Numbered from the stretch's first letter, positions 19,801 through 27,611 are shown. The stretch: DNA of 43,673 bases from a virus (IMGVR_UViG_3300020042_005083:1-43673); one strand, 5' to 3'. A program made the numbers and translations. Notes: a model not told the origin generated them from the letters alone.

Positions 19801-22800
19801 CACCTAAACAGCAACTGGGCAGCCTTTCAGAGAAAAGCCCGCTGGTCAAGAAGATTGGCCCTGCTACCACGGCAAAGTTTAGTATCCGTGCTCCAAACAC
19901 CAAAGAGTTTAAACAGTGGTTTGAGGACAGCAAGGTTGTTGATGAAAACGGTGATCCGCTTGTTGTGTATCACGGAACAATGGCGGACATTACGTCCTTT
20001 AAACCTTCTAAAGAAGGTGTTCTTGGGGCTGGCGTTTATTTAACTCCTGATCCAAAGTTTGCAGAAAACTATTCAACAGAGAATGGAAACATTCTTCCTG
20101 TCTTTGCTTCCCTTAAAAACCCTCTGATCATTCGTTTGGAAGGAAGGCACCAGCCAGCATTTGTTGGGTTGATGCAGTTGGGGATGAGTGAGGCGGCAGC
20201 AGAAAAAGCAGTTGATCATGGCTTTGAAGAGTACGGCAATATGCGACAAGAGTTGCGTAGCCGTGCGCTCAAGCAAGGCTATGACGGCATCATGCTGTAT
20301 CAAGAAGGTTCTTTGCGGGAGTTGGTTGTCTTTGATCCGACGGACATCAAGTCCGCTATTGGTAATCAAGGCACATACAATCGATTTAGCCCTGACATCC
20401 GCAAGAGCATCCGCGCTCCGCAGACAGAAGAATTTAAACAGTGGTTTGGTAATAGCAAGATCGTTGGCAAAGATGGTCAGCCTCTGGTTATGTACCACGG
20501 CACAGCCAGAGACATCAATGTCTTCACGCCTAAACAAGCAAACGCAATCTTCCTGACGGGAGATCGGGAGTTTGCTGAAGGCTTTGCTAGCATGAGCCTT
20601 GACTGGGTTGCCACACACTATAAGGAAATGCTGACACCAAACCAACTGGTAGAGGCTCGCGCTTTTGCTGAACGTCTTGGGCGTCAGACATACAGCCGCA
20701 ATCCAAAGTTGGTTGAGCAGATCACAAAAGACTTGCGACAAGGTAAAGATACCGAAGATGCCACTGATTTAATTGCTACGGCAGTTAAACAGATGTTGGA
20801 CAAGACTAAACGAGTGATGGAGGTCTATGTCCGCGCCGAGAAGCCGTTTGATTATGAAAACGCAGATCACATCAAACAAGTAGCAAACTTGTTACCTGCC
20901 ACGATCAGAGCAGAGGTTGCTTTCTCAGATCAACCCGGCATCACTTACACAAAACTAGATGCCATTGAGAAATTAAAGACTGGTGAGTGGGACATTGTCG
21001 AAAGCAAATCTGTCCAAAAGGCTATTCGCGAACTGGGCTTTGATGCGTTCTACACCCAAGAAGGTGGCGAAAAGAACATTGCTGTTTACAACAGCAATCA
21101 AATCAAGTCCGCCACCAACAACGAAGGCACCTATGACATCAACAATCCTGACATCAGGAAGAGTCTTCGTTCGGGCGCATCAAAGTTTAAACAATCTGAA
21201 ATGAACCAATTTAAGGAGCCGGGGTTTAAGTCCAAAACTAAACTTATTGAACTACCAATCAATGAGTTTTTGAACCTTGCAGACAATGAGTTTGATCAAG
21301 CGAAATTGGACAATGCCAGACGTGTGCTTCAAGAGGGTGGGCAATTCAACAACCTGCCTATGCTAGGATTTGAAACAAGGTCTGGGGCGATTGCTCCTAG
21401 AGTTATAGAGCACGAAGGTCGTCACCGTGCTCGGGCTTTGCTGGAACTTGGGTACACAAGTATGCCCGTTATATTTAAGGGCGACATCCGGTGGAGTGAA
21501 CAAGAGACTCGGGGGCGATTTGATTACCGAGAAGAATGGCCGACCAAGTTGCAAGCGCAATCGGAAGCCATTGATCCCAACTACTTGGCCCCCTTCCCTG
21601 TTTCTAGGGGGGAGTCCAATCAACCATACACGGGAGATGTGCCCCCGGCAAAAGCCAGCCTCCGATCCTCGCTCCCCGCTGCCCTTGTTCAGCGTGTTGA
21701 GCAGACCACGGTTGCCCGTGAAGACAAAGGCTTCATCAGCCGAATCCTAAAAGCCATCAGCCCCGGAGATCACACATCCATAAGGGCAGAACTGCTAAAC
21801 AGGTACAACCAACTTAGCGTCATCGACAAGATGCGTATCAAGAAGATGGGTGGTGCTGCGGCTATGGCAGATATCTCTGCTGAGTCGGCTGCCTTGTTAT
21901 CTGACCTTCGTGCAGGTATTGTTGCCTCTGCCCTTGGTGTCCATGACAAGGTGGGCGGCGCTCCTGTTTACGTCCAGAGTTTTTACGTAGTGCGTAACGG
22001 GCAAATCCTCCCGCGCCGATACAAAACTAAGGCGCTGGCACAGGCTGCGGCTGGAACTACTGGTGAGGTACGTTCTGGTGGACACACAGCCGTTGGTAAC
22101 TTCAATGGTTCTGTGAAGGGGCCACTGGCAATCTTTGCTCCATTGGCTGCTGTAAACGATCCGATGATCTATCAACTTTACCAATTCTGGGCGGCAGCCA
22201 AGCGCGGTAAACGGTTGACCAAGGAAGGCAGAGAAGAACTGCTGACCCCAGCAGATCAGGCTCACGCCCAGTTCTTGGAGAAGAAGTACCCCATGTTTGT
22301 ACAAGTCCAAAAGGACTTCATCAAGTACAACAACAAACTCGTTGACTACATGGTGGACACAGGGGTGCTGTCTCCAGAGCGCGGCAAGATTTACACGGAA
22401 CACGCCGACTACCTGCCGTTCTATCGTCAGATCGAAGGCTTGCCCACTGCTGGGCCAAAAATCTTTGCATCTATCTCTGGAGTTAAACCTCCCAAGGCAT
22501 TGAAGGGCAGCGATGCCCGTCTGGATGACTTCCTTGAAACGATAGTGCGTAACACTCAAGCCGCAGTAGAGGCGGGGGTCAAGAACGTGGCAGCCCAACG
22601 ATCAGTAGAGGCTGCTAAAGACGTTGGTCTTGCCGTGAAGATACCGCAAGGCGATGGGATGCCAACGACCGTTGTTGTGCATGAGAACGGCGTACCAACG
22701 TACTACGCCTGTGGCGATGTTCTATTCGTAAACGCCATGAAGAGTCTGGGAATGTCAGACATTCCGTTCCTGAGCCTCTTGTCCATGCCAGCCAATCTGC

Positions 22801-24320
22801 TCCGTGCAGCGGTGACCAAAGAACCAACCTTCATGCTGGCAAATATGCTGCGTGACTCGTTGTCTTCCTACGTTACCTCTGGCGTAAGCATGACCCCGGT
22901 AATCGACACCGCCAAGAACTTTGCCATGTCAATGGCAGGTAAGTCTCCTGAGTATGACGCTCTGCGTAAGGCGGGCATCATAGGTGGCTATGAGTTTGCA
23001 CAAGGCGTTGAAACCAGCGGTCGTAAGTTGGGAGAAAAACTCAAGGCGGCTAACGTCAAGTCCACTGGTCTTAAACGGGTGGGTGAGATTGCTGCCTCCC
23101 CAGTCACCGGGATTTGGCAATTCCTTGAAAAGGGCAGTGAAGCCTCAGATGCGGCCACCCGTATCGAGATTTACAAGCGCACTCTGGCTGAAACCGGAAA
23201 TGAGACCGAAGCACTGTTTAAGTCTCTTGAGGTAATGAACTTCAACCGTAAGGGACGTGCTGCTTCCGTAAGAGTTCTTACGGCGGTCGTACCGTTCTTA
23301 AACGCACGGATGCAGGGTCTGGACATCTTGTATCGTGCAGCGATACAGCCAAGTATGCCGGGGCAGTCACCCACCGATAGGCAGAAGGAACTTCAGCACA
23401 AGTTCCTTGTGCGCGGAGCCACGATGGCTGCCTTGTCTTGTTTGTACTGGGCGCTAACCAGCGATGATGATGAGTACAAGAAGCAGGAGCAGGATACCAA
23501 AGACAACTATTGGTTGTTCCCTTCTATGGGGATCAAGATTCCAATCCCATTTGAAATTGGTGTGCTGTTTAAGGTGATCCCAGAACGCATCATGGCTTTG
23601 TCCTTTGGCGATGATTCGTTTAAGGACTTCCGTCAATCAATGACGAATCAAGTGATCTCCACCCTGCACTTCAACCCGATCCCACAAGCGGTCATTCCTA
23701 TTGTGGAGAACATCACCAATCACTCGTTCTTCACGGGTCGAGACATTGTGAGTGAGGGCGTGGCAGACTTGGAGGCTGGATATCAAACCTCCGCTTCCAC
23801 ATCCAGCCTGATGGCAGACTTCGGCAGGGCTACTGGTCTCTCTCCAATCAAACTGGAGGCCGCGATCCAAGGCTACACGGGTCAGATGGGTATGTACTTG
23901 GTGTCTGCCTTGGATGCCATATATGAAGCCAACAGCACCATCGAGCGCCCAGCCAAACGCTTCGAGCAACTGCCGCTGATTAAACGGTTTGCTATCGATC
24001 CAGAAGCGCGGGGTTCGGTGACTGCCTTCTTTGAACTGAAGGACAAGGTAGATGCAGCGGTCAAGACAATCAATGTGCTGGAGCGTGGTGATCCAGAGAT
24101 TTACGACAAGTACATTGAGACCAATGAAAACCTGCTGGCGTCCAAAGAGTACATCAATGTGCTGGCGTCTGACCTAAAGGACTTGGCAAAGATGAAGGTG
24201 ATGATCCGCGCATCAGATGATTCTGCGGAGGTCAAAAAGGATGCGTTGCTGGAGATTCAGCAACTAGAGAACGAACTGACCGCCAACATCAAAGACCTTC
24301 GGAAAGAGTTCAACCCCTAG
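13848..24320 (+). CDS. Giant polyvalent virion protein (zincin metallopeptidase, uncharacterised enzyme-like domains, 2x ART-PolyVal-like ADP-ribosyltransferase, ParB-like domain, LPD38-like C-terminus)
   Basis: 3490-aa ORF; HESIH at aa 857-861 plus EEAIADAF; FKQWF..SK.V...G.PLV.YHGT twice; EGRHRARA; KDNYWLF...IPIPFEIGVLFKVIPER. Confidence 0.85.
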   Translation: MYNVELPDGTLVQVPDNVPEDEARRRIRKQFPQFAEPADKQSILRQVADVPLGIARGATQGARMISDIFGAGSKTSQNIAGVENYIADLMSAQSKKDQQEIARIQKEAEDKGIWDQVKAGARAFAIAPIDTLSSAAGTALPVIAAGLGAATLGAPAAVGTGIAALMGAGMGAGTIKGSIYEATKQALIEEGATPQVAEQKALQAQEYGGKNLDQILLGTVIGGVAGAGPLERGAARILSGRILNKAAKESGEAATKSTLRNRVESGLLEAAPEALQAGQEQVAQNIALQREGMNVPTFRGAVGAATLEGLAGAGLGAAVGRRATPPELMEGQMAGETARQSAERLQQEINDLQGLKAIQAQQDAEALQTGIGIATTAKMPQQGETPLRPPPRPSAMQSDDYSSLLAPNLPPAPEVVGPTGIASAVSTPERGVAAPSSISGRAAVDSMMVPTDRALPAPVPTGYAPAMGGIQSVLPQRADRPAADRLPDFNQVMAQEADPFVATVGIGGALGGIEPSLPSRPTVDGTPTFNQLMAQDKAIDRGIASAVQTAIRKNTASEAQGPATPILKQPEPTFVSGLDTIVKGGKGSPSQETAQGPATPIIPVVPPAAPEAGVQGIIKGGKGQAAGQQNTAPATPVMPQKPPESGVSGVIKAAAGQPSTVQGPLGQPLLPQIQEAGLASATKGGRGTPTKTTSPSNVNNLNVPEATDEAIQQEQAPEGTATDIGTAGGTSVPVVGGQGVESAPAGTRRPKRGAVGSDQPDAGGTAGGKAKQSPALKKSLAATETEPEPEIEDEAVDKQIALKTKQLQAIMLRIMSGMGLRDVGLKLVANMDAEGEYANQLITLALNVDSPVRVLRHESIHAMKAMGLFSPQQWETLRKEASTKWIKQFLGEGEGSRFEQYQKLFKDQGLSDADANEAMIEEAIADAFGEFDLRGAPSGLMSAILKRMQNMFAAIKSAFGGTETAEQILQRAEKGKLQGKQPSAPKEAEQPEEPEEPKASLRRAAVPDETEISTQNPQGVNRRYDPIEQMLSIDQKAVEEAMELNPKLYDSITDAILRYGFIPPDTKREDAISVFKKNIVNNLLFLHDAIPKDIANRSKLWYDGAHVIAKEMGKQYGMKMEQVAGIFAAMSPQKDWFQNVSMGERAIDILINQGDATWDDNMLKYAESYIREPKDRKEREKRQIFFDKNIRQTSENQTALKDMDIENAAAFIRAFDEAYNSRQYRIVTPEGGFAGLVNKKDGDPAIMTWSTYGPIEKAVSIFRDPSRKNISEQLGEEHKIRSFYNNIAAPNADIDHVTIDTHAVAAGLFEALAGSDTPVAENFGTTGGTNLLGVGGTYGIIADAYREAAKARGVQAREMQSITWEAIRGLFTEELKSGIKPKVRAEWEKYKAGEQSFNEARDAIVEIASKNRDEDWRDPDWIDSGPGQTVADGGASYDKDFVPEGGVRLREESVLREKLTFNLSSVTNSIPGLKDLYQKAMSGDQAAYSTLQKAAESSLRYLLSGTSARITVDYAKGVYLSDREPSIAAKVAFSEEDRPAVLAALERFASNYNQYAVHVRQGTAYPLGTEFDDGSYATAVFTIDLQKNLTNEEIGQVLTETNLEAFTVVPTKTPKGIVNQLVAYWCKLNSKPQEEQEDDFKQFKANLTKAAKLVGVAGKKPRKTIERLFVYADDDERSTHTYGRIRGDVSPKQGADTETPRIIADYIRGGAGTVVPPKKLNKFQVLSQKLLASVQEALPVNDLKKPLVRKAYNAANVELAKQFAALPVKVEVVDLTDKPGTFYYDGTYKSGTAAKGEIVAKDEAEAREQLKQQAIDVDKIRQRPEPYANSAEMRKDVSNNNVLKILKTQAGSFGPEGVPMSDHPLLEMSEFKDINKVPLLYNDMLRAVHDYYAHGVTPAEFGPVGEATAWLNHMATTMSPLARWVITAETRLQNAWQNFRPGAENIPLADRPYALQKAALPPVQFALTGKADIDAPMLEFINTLTPKQQLGSLSEKSPLVKKIGPATTAKFSIRAPNTKEFKQWFEDSKVVDENGDPLVVYHGTMADITSFKPSKEGVLGAGVYLTPDPKFAENYSTENGNILPVFASLKNPLIIRLEGRHQPAFVGLMQLGMSEAAAEKAVDHGFEEYGNMRQELRSRALKQGYDGIMLYQEGSLRELVVFDPTDIKSAIGNQGTYNRFSPDIRKSIRAPQTEEFKQWFGNSKIVGKDGQPLVMYHGTARDINVFTPKQANAIFLTGDREFAEGFASMSLDWVATHYKEMLTPNQLVEARAFAERLGRQTYSRNPKLVEQITKDLRQGKDTEDATDLIATAVKQMLDKTKRVMEVYVRAEKPFDYENADHIKQVANLLPATIRAEVAFSDQPGITYTKLDAIEKLKTGEWDIVESKSVQKAIRELGFDAFYTQEGGEKNIAVYNSNQIKSATNNEGTYDINNPDIRKSLRSGASKFKQSEMNQFKEPGFKSKTKLIELPINEFLNLADNEFDQAKLDNARRVLQEGGQFNNLPMLGFETRSGAIAPRVIEHEGRHRARALLELGYTSMPVIFKGDIRWSEQETRGRFDYREEWPTKLQAQSEAIDPNYLAPFPVSRGESNQPYTGDVPPAKASLRSSLPAALVQRVEQTTVAREDKGFISRILKAISPGDHTSIRAELLNRYNQLSVIDKMRIKKMGGAAAMADISAESAALLSDLRAGIVASALGVHDKVGGAPVYVQSFYVVRNGQILPRRYKTKALAQAAAGTTGEVRSGGHTAVGNFNGSVKGPLAIFAPLAAVNDPMIYQLYQFWAAAKRGKRLTKEGREELLTPADQAHAQFLEKKYPMFVQVQKDFIKYNNKLVDYMVDTGVLSPERGKIYTEHADYLPFYRQIEGLPTAGPKIFASISGVKPPKALKGSDARLDDFLETIVRNTQAAVEAGVKNVAAQRSVEAAKDVGLAVKIPQGDGMPTTVVVHENGVPTYYACGDVLFVNAMKSLGMSDIPFLSLLSMPANLLRAAVTKEPTFMLANMLRDSLSSYVTSGVSMTPVIDTAKNFAMSMAGKSPEYDALRKAGIIGGYEFAQGVETSGRKLGEKLKAANVKSTGLKRVGEIAASPVTGIWQFLEKGSEASDAATRIEIYKRTLAETGNETEALFKSLEVMNFNRKGRAASVRVLTAVVPFLNARMQGLDILYRAAIQPSMPGQSPTDRQKELQHKFLVRGATMAALSCLYWALTSDDDEYKKQEQDTKDNYWLFPSMGIKIPIPFEIGVLFKVIPERIMALSFGDDSFKDFRQSMTNQVISTLHFNPIPQAVIPIVENITNHSFFTGRDIVSEGVADLEAGYQTSASTSSLMADFGRATGLSPIKLEAAIQGYTGQMGMYLVSALDAIYEANSTIERPAKRFEQLPLIKRFAIDPEARGSVTAFFELKDKVDAAVKTINVLERGDPEIYDKYIETNENLLASKEYINVLASDLKDLAKMKVMIRASDDSAEVKKDALLEIQQLENELTANIKDLRKEFNP
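15970..16176 (+). CDS. Candidate nested gene (68 aa) in the +1 frame of the giant gene
   Basis: GGAGG at 15959-15963, 6 nt before the ATG; protein looks ordered and amphipathic (PPPGLEDLNGEQWEVISQMLAVLLAER) while the host frame is a low-complexity linker. Confidence 0.55.
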   Translation: MRQFSRNKRPKELRRISVQQVEQAFLWLVDKELNLPPPGLEDLNGEQWEVISQMLAVLLAERQSNPLH

Positions 24321-24576
24321 CGTACATCAGGCGGTGGATGGTTTGGTTTAAAACATCCAACTCATCCACCTTCTTGATGCGCCATAGGGCTTTAGTCCCA
24401 TGCCACCCGTTCGTGCCTTGGTGGCAGTCCTTGCATAGTGGGATGCAGGTGTAATGTAAACGCTGCTCTATGTGGTGAGCATCGCTTGGGCCTGATGCCC
24501 CGCACACCCCGCAGTTCATTTCTTTAATGGCTGCGAGGTGGAGGCGATCCGTCTTGTTTAAGTTCTTGCTATGCAT
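24310..24576 (-). CDS. Ref / DUF968-like HNH-fold zinc nuclease
   Basis: CGVCG...DAHHI...IPLCKDCHQG. Confidence 0.75.
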   Translation of the reverse strand: MHSKNLNKTDRLHLAAIKEMNCGVCGASGPSDAHHIEQRLHYTCIPLCKDCHQGTNGWHGTKALWRIKKVDELDVLNQTIHRLMYARG

Positions 24577-24886
24577 ACCGTGTTTCTATGACTTCGCCGT
24601 TGTAGCCAAGTATTTCGATGATGAGCGGCTGGGATGGGCACCAATCAGCCAACTCCAAATCTTTGCCAACAATCGGCAAGCCCCACGCTGCATACAAATC
24701 GTCCCACCCTACTTGATCCAACGGGTTTTTTGTTGTTCCCGAATTGGTGGTGGCTCCGGGACAATTGAATCTATAAACGTACCCGTCTACACAAAAGTTA
24801 GCAACCAACTCCCCGTTTGGAAGGGCGCACACCTCTTCTGGCAACTGCTCTGCGCCCACCTCGTGATCACAGTTGTAGTTAAACAT
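24569..24886 (-). CDS. Hypothetical protein
   Basis: TGATG coupling to the upstream gene; packed operon. Confidence 0.55.
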   Translation of the reverse strand: MFNYNCDHEVGAEQLPEEVCALPNGELVANFCVDGYVYRFNCPGATTNSGTTKNPLDQVGWDDLYAAWGLPIVGKDLELADWCPSQPLIIEILGYNGEVIETRYA

Positions 24887-25170
24887 CACTTGCCACACGG
24901 CCCCAATGCGCGTTCATACATGTCGTCGCCCTGCACTTCGCGGAGTTTCTGCATGTAGTGACGGGCCTTGTCCCCATCGTCATGCGATCCCTCCTTGCGT
25001 CCAGAGCGTAGTGAGTACTTGACTATGTTGCCCTTGAGGAACCCAACAAACTCCTCATGCGTCAAGAGCACCTCCATAACATCCCAAGGCTGAATAGGCA
25101 TGTCTTTGTAATGCGATCCGCCAATCTGGATGTCGTCAGCAGAGGTGCCAAACGGGAATTCCTTAATCAT
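24886..25170 (-). CDS. DUF3310 (SaV-like) protein
   Basis: QIGGSHYK...IQPWD...GFLKGNIVKYSLRSGRK. Confidence 0.85.
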   Translation of the reverse strand: MIKEFPFGTSADDIQIGGSHYKDMPIQPWDVMEVLLTHEEFVGFLKGNIVKYSLRSGRKEGSHDDGDKARHYMQKLREVQGDDMYERALGPCGK

Positions 25171-25345
25171 GTTTACTCCAGTCCTCTGTCATTTCTTTGA
25201 TGTGCCGTATCGCACACTCGTAGTGCTGCGGCCCCCACTTCCAACAATCGGGAGCATGAGTCCCGATCCGCTGAAACCTATTGGCCTCGTAATACAAAGC
25301 CTTGCGTAAACGCGCAATCTCAATGTCCTTCTCATCTTCAGTCAC
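25163..25345 (-). CDS. Hypothetical protein
   Basis: Overlap-coupled in the operon; THAPDCWKWGPQHYECA. Confidence 0.6.
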   Translation of the reverse strand: MTEDEKDIEIARLRKALYYEANRFQRIGTHAPDCWKWGPQHYECAIRHIKEMTEDWSKHD

Positions 25346-25697
25346 GGTTCTTTTCCTCCAACTTCAGTCTCCTGTTCTCACAACAAACGCGCTGCCTAAT
25401 ACGCTCTTGAGTAACGCCACCCATACGCTCGCCAATGGCTTTGTACGTTAGACCCTGCTGCCTCAGATTCCATGCGTATGCATTTGCAACCCGCTTCCGC
25501 AAGGAAACAAGTTCCTTATATGTCAGAGATGCAAGTTGTTCTTCTATTGTTGGTTCTGGTGGAGCATCCAATTTTGCCAAAGCCCACTTCAGTAAACCCG
25601 CCCTGTCAATACCGGGATGGAGCCTACGTTGCTCTTCTATCAAACGTGTCACATTCTTTTCGGCGGCTTTTGTTAATTCAGCAAGTTTCTCACTCAT
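25338..25697 (-). CDS. HTH protein (sigma70 region 4-like)
   Basis: LRQQGLTYKAIGERMGGVTQERIRQ. Confidence 0.7.
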   Translation of the reverse strand: MSEKLAELTKAAEKNVTRLIEEQRRLHPGIDRAGLLKWALAKLDAPPEPTIEEQLASLTYKELVSLRKRVANAYAWNLRQQGLTYKAIGERMGGVTQERIRQRVCCENRRLKLEEKNRD

Positions 25698-25851
25698 GTT
25701 TATCCTTCATAAGTTTTGACATTAGGACGTTGTACTCCAGCGCGGCAAGCGGAGTCATCTTCTCCTGCATGAGCAGGTATTGCCTCATGAGATCAAGCCG
25801 CCGATCCATCTCGGTCTGCATGGCTTTCTTGATGATGTCTGGCTTGTCCAT
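25690..25851 (-). CDS. Hypothetical protein (53 aa, below the ORF-track cutoff)
   Basis: Read manually: MDKPDIIKKAMQTEMDRRLDLMRQYLL...KDKHE; fills the gap in the operon. Confidence 0.55.
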   Translation of the reverse strand: MDKPDIIKKAMQTEMDRRLDLMRQYLLMQEKMTPLAALEYNVLMSKLMKDKHE

Positions 25852-25879
25852 TTACAAAAAGACCGCCACACAAGGGCTA

Positions 25880-26251
25880 TCAGGTCTGCTCGGCTTCATC
25901 TTGTTGTTTTTGCGTAGCCAGCATCACCATTAAGTAGGCATCTTGCGGTAAAAGAACTCTGGCATTTCGCATGAAACGCTTTGAAAAATTCTGAGACTGC
26001 GACAGTGCTTTGTTAATGTTTGCTTGTTTGTTTGCTTGGTTAACTTTGTTTAACTCATGGCATAGTTTTAGTATGTAACTACCCTTTGCCCGCAATGCGG
26101 ATTTTGCTCTTGGTAGCCAAGTTGGATCATCTTCGTAAAAACTGTGGCCTGTTTCTGAAAACTCTATCTGTGATTTAATTGCATCGTATTGCTCTTGAAC
26201 AGAGTCTCTTTCTTCCAGAATCTCTTGTGCAGTTCTCATGCTGCGGCTCAT
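25880..26251 (-). CDS. Hypothetical coiled-coil protein
   Basis: ATGA coupling; 123 aa. Confidence 0.6.
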   Translation of the reverse strand: MSRSMRTAQEILEERDSVQEQYDAIKSQIEFSETGHSFYEDDPTWLPRAKSALRAKGSYILKLCHELNKVNQANKQANINKALSQSQNFSKRFMRNARVLLPQDAYLMVMLATQKQQDEAEQT

Positions 26252-26604
26252 GTGCGGCTCCTTTCGGGCCAGTTAGCAGGGCGGTCTGTCCACTCAACAT
26301 CCATGTACATTGACTCTTTCTTAGCCGCCCATTTCGCTGCCTTATCTGCTGGCTCATGTGCAAACGCTGCCCATGACCAGCCCTCACCATCCCACCATCT
26401 GTAAGTGGCGTGGAACTGCTGGTGGTAATGCTTTGTCGGCCACCAGCCAATGCTCGGTGGGACACCCTTCTTCCAATTCATCTTTACTCCTGAACAACCA
26501 GCACACTTCCATACTTTCAATCGAGGATTAAACGTCCCGCCTAACGCGACCTTTTTCTGGTCACAGGTAAAGCAAACGCGAGTGAACCCAATAGTAGTTA
26601 CCAC
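26248..26604 (-). CDS. Hypothetical protein, CxxC...CxxC N-terminus and Trp-rich C-terminus
   Basis: CFTC...CAGC followed by WKKGVPPSIGWWP...RWWDG. Confidence 0.55.
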   Translation of the reverse strand: MVTTIGFTRVCFTCDQKKVALGGTFNPRLKVWKCAGCSGVKMNWKKGVPPSIGWWPTKHYHQQFHATYRWWDGEGWSWAAFAHEPADKAAKWAAKKESMYMDVEWTDRPANWPERSRT

Positions 26605-26605
26605 C

Positions 26606-26899
26606 TTAACTTCCGCTCCGTATTGTGTCTACGATCTCTTGCGCGTTGTTGTCGCTGACGCACAGACCAAAGACGATGCGGCAGCAGCGTTCACGCTCGG
26701 CGGCTACCATCTTCCGGCACATCAACGACCATGCCGTATTAGCGCGAAGATTGGCCTCTTGAATGTCTACATCGCGTTCTTCATACCGTTTCCGGGCTAC
26801 AAACTTTTGCAACTCCTGCCACATTTCCTCGGCGTTGTTTGTGTGAGCAGTCCGGTAGTTAAGAGCGTGCCAAGCCAAAGAATCTTCTTCATCCATCAC
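26606..26899 (-). CDS. Hypothetical protein
   Basis: AAERERC motif common in small phage ORFs; operon packing. Confidence 0.6.
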   Translation of the reverse strand: MMDEEDSLAWHALNYRTAHTNNAEEMWQELQKFVARKRYEERDVDIQEANLRANTAWSLMCRKMVAAERERCCRIVFGLCVSDNNAQEIVDTIRSGS

Positions 26900-27090
26900 T
26901 CAATCCTTTTTGAGTTCAGCCGAATAAACTCGGCCAGTTTGTTTAAGTCATGCAACTGGGAAGAGGGCACAGCCCTTGGTAAGCGATAGCCTTCAGCCTT
27001 GAGCAGCATCATCAGGGACTCGCGGCGGCTGTCTTCCTTAACAACCTCCAGCAACATAGCGATCTCCTTCGCCTTATCCCAGTCAATCAC
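26896..27090 (-). CDS. Hypothetical protein
   Basis: Operon packing with overlaps at both ends. Confidence 0.55.
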   Translation of the reverse strand: MIDWDKAKEIAMLLEVVKEDSRRESLMMLLKAEGYRLPRAVPSSQLHDLNKLAEFIRLNSKRIE

Positions 27091-27250
27091 CTGCCGTCCT
27101 CGTCGGTTTTATCTTTTCAGGGCAAATCAGCAACGAACCATCTTTGTTTAAATAGCAACGGTAGATGTCGTTCTCATCTTTTTCGGGCATCTCAGGCGGT
27201 TGAGTACAGGCGCACAGCAACGACGCCAAGATAACTACTAGGACACGCAT
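27083..27250 (-). CDS. Putative small lipoprotein (55 aa, below the ORF-track cutoff)
   Basis: Read manually: MRVLVVILASLLCAC-TQPPEM...; basic residue, hydrophobic core and lipobox-like LCAC. Confidence 0.55.
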   Translation of the reverse strand: MRVLVVILASLLCACTQPPEMPEKDENDIYRCYLNKDGSLLICPEKIKPTRTAGD

Positions 27251-27429
27251 GGTCGTGCAACCTCACGCAGCCATGTTGCCAACTCCTTGGCGGTAGCATC
27301 TTCGGGCGGTTGCATATTGTTAGGTATCTCCCACCCCGTGCCCGTTGCCTTTAGTATTTCTTCGATGGGAGTTCTATTACGCATGGAATCCTTGGCGGCT
27401 TGACTAGCCACTCTCCATATCAAAGCCAT
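27238..27429 (-). CDS. Hypothetical protein
   Basis: Operon packing; start taken at MALIWRV. Confidence 0.5.
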   Translation of the reverse strand: MALIWRVASQAAKDSMRNRTPIEEILKATGTGWEIPNNMQPPEDATAKELATWLREVARPCVS

Positions 27430-27611
27430 GCAATCACCCCCACGCAAAAAATAACTAGTCCAATCATTGCCAACATAAACACAATAGAATTTAAAAACCC
27501 AATCTCTTCTAGTTCTGGGTTAGATAACCCACACACCATAGGGTGAGGGCAATTTACCAATTTGCCTTGGCATGACCCGCTACACAAATCACTTGGCACT
27601 TTCATCATCAC
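27420..27611 (-). CDS. Small Cys-rich membrane protein
   Basis: CSGSCQGKLVNCPHPMVC followed by a C-terminal transmembrane helix; AGGAG RBS. Confidence 0.55.
   Translation of the reverse strand: MMMKVPSDLCSGSCQGKLVNCPHPMVCGLSNPELEEIGFLNSIVFMLAMIGLVIFCVGVIAWL

Noticed and set aside
20073-22598. Antisense ORFs of 222 and 233 aa inside the giant gene
   Set aside because: Opposite-strand shadows of well-formed domains; no start signals or motifs
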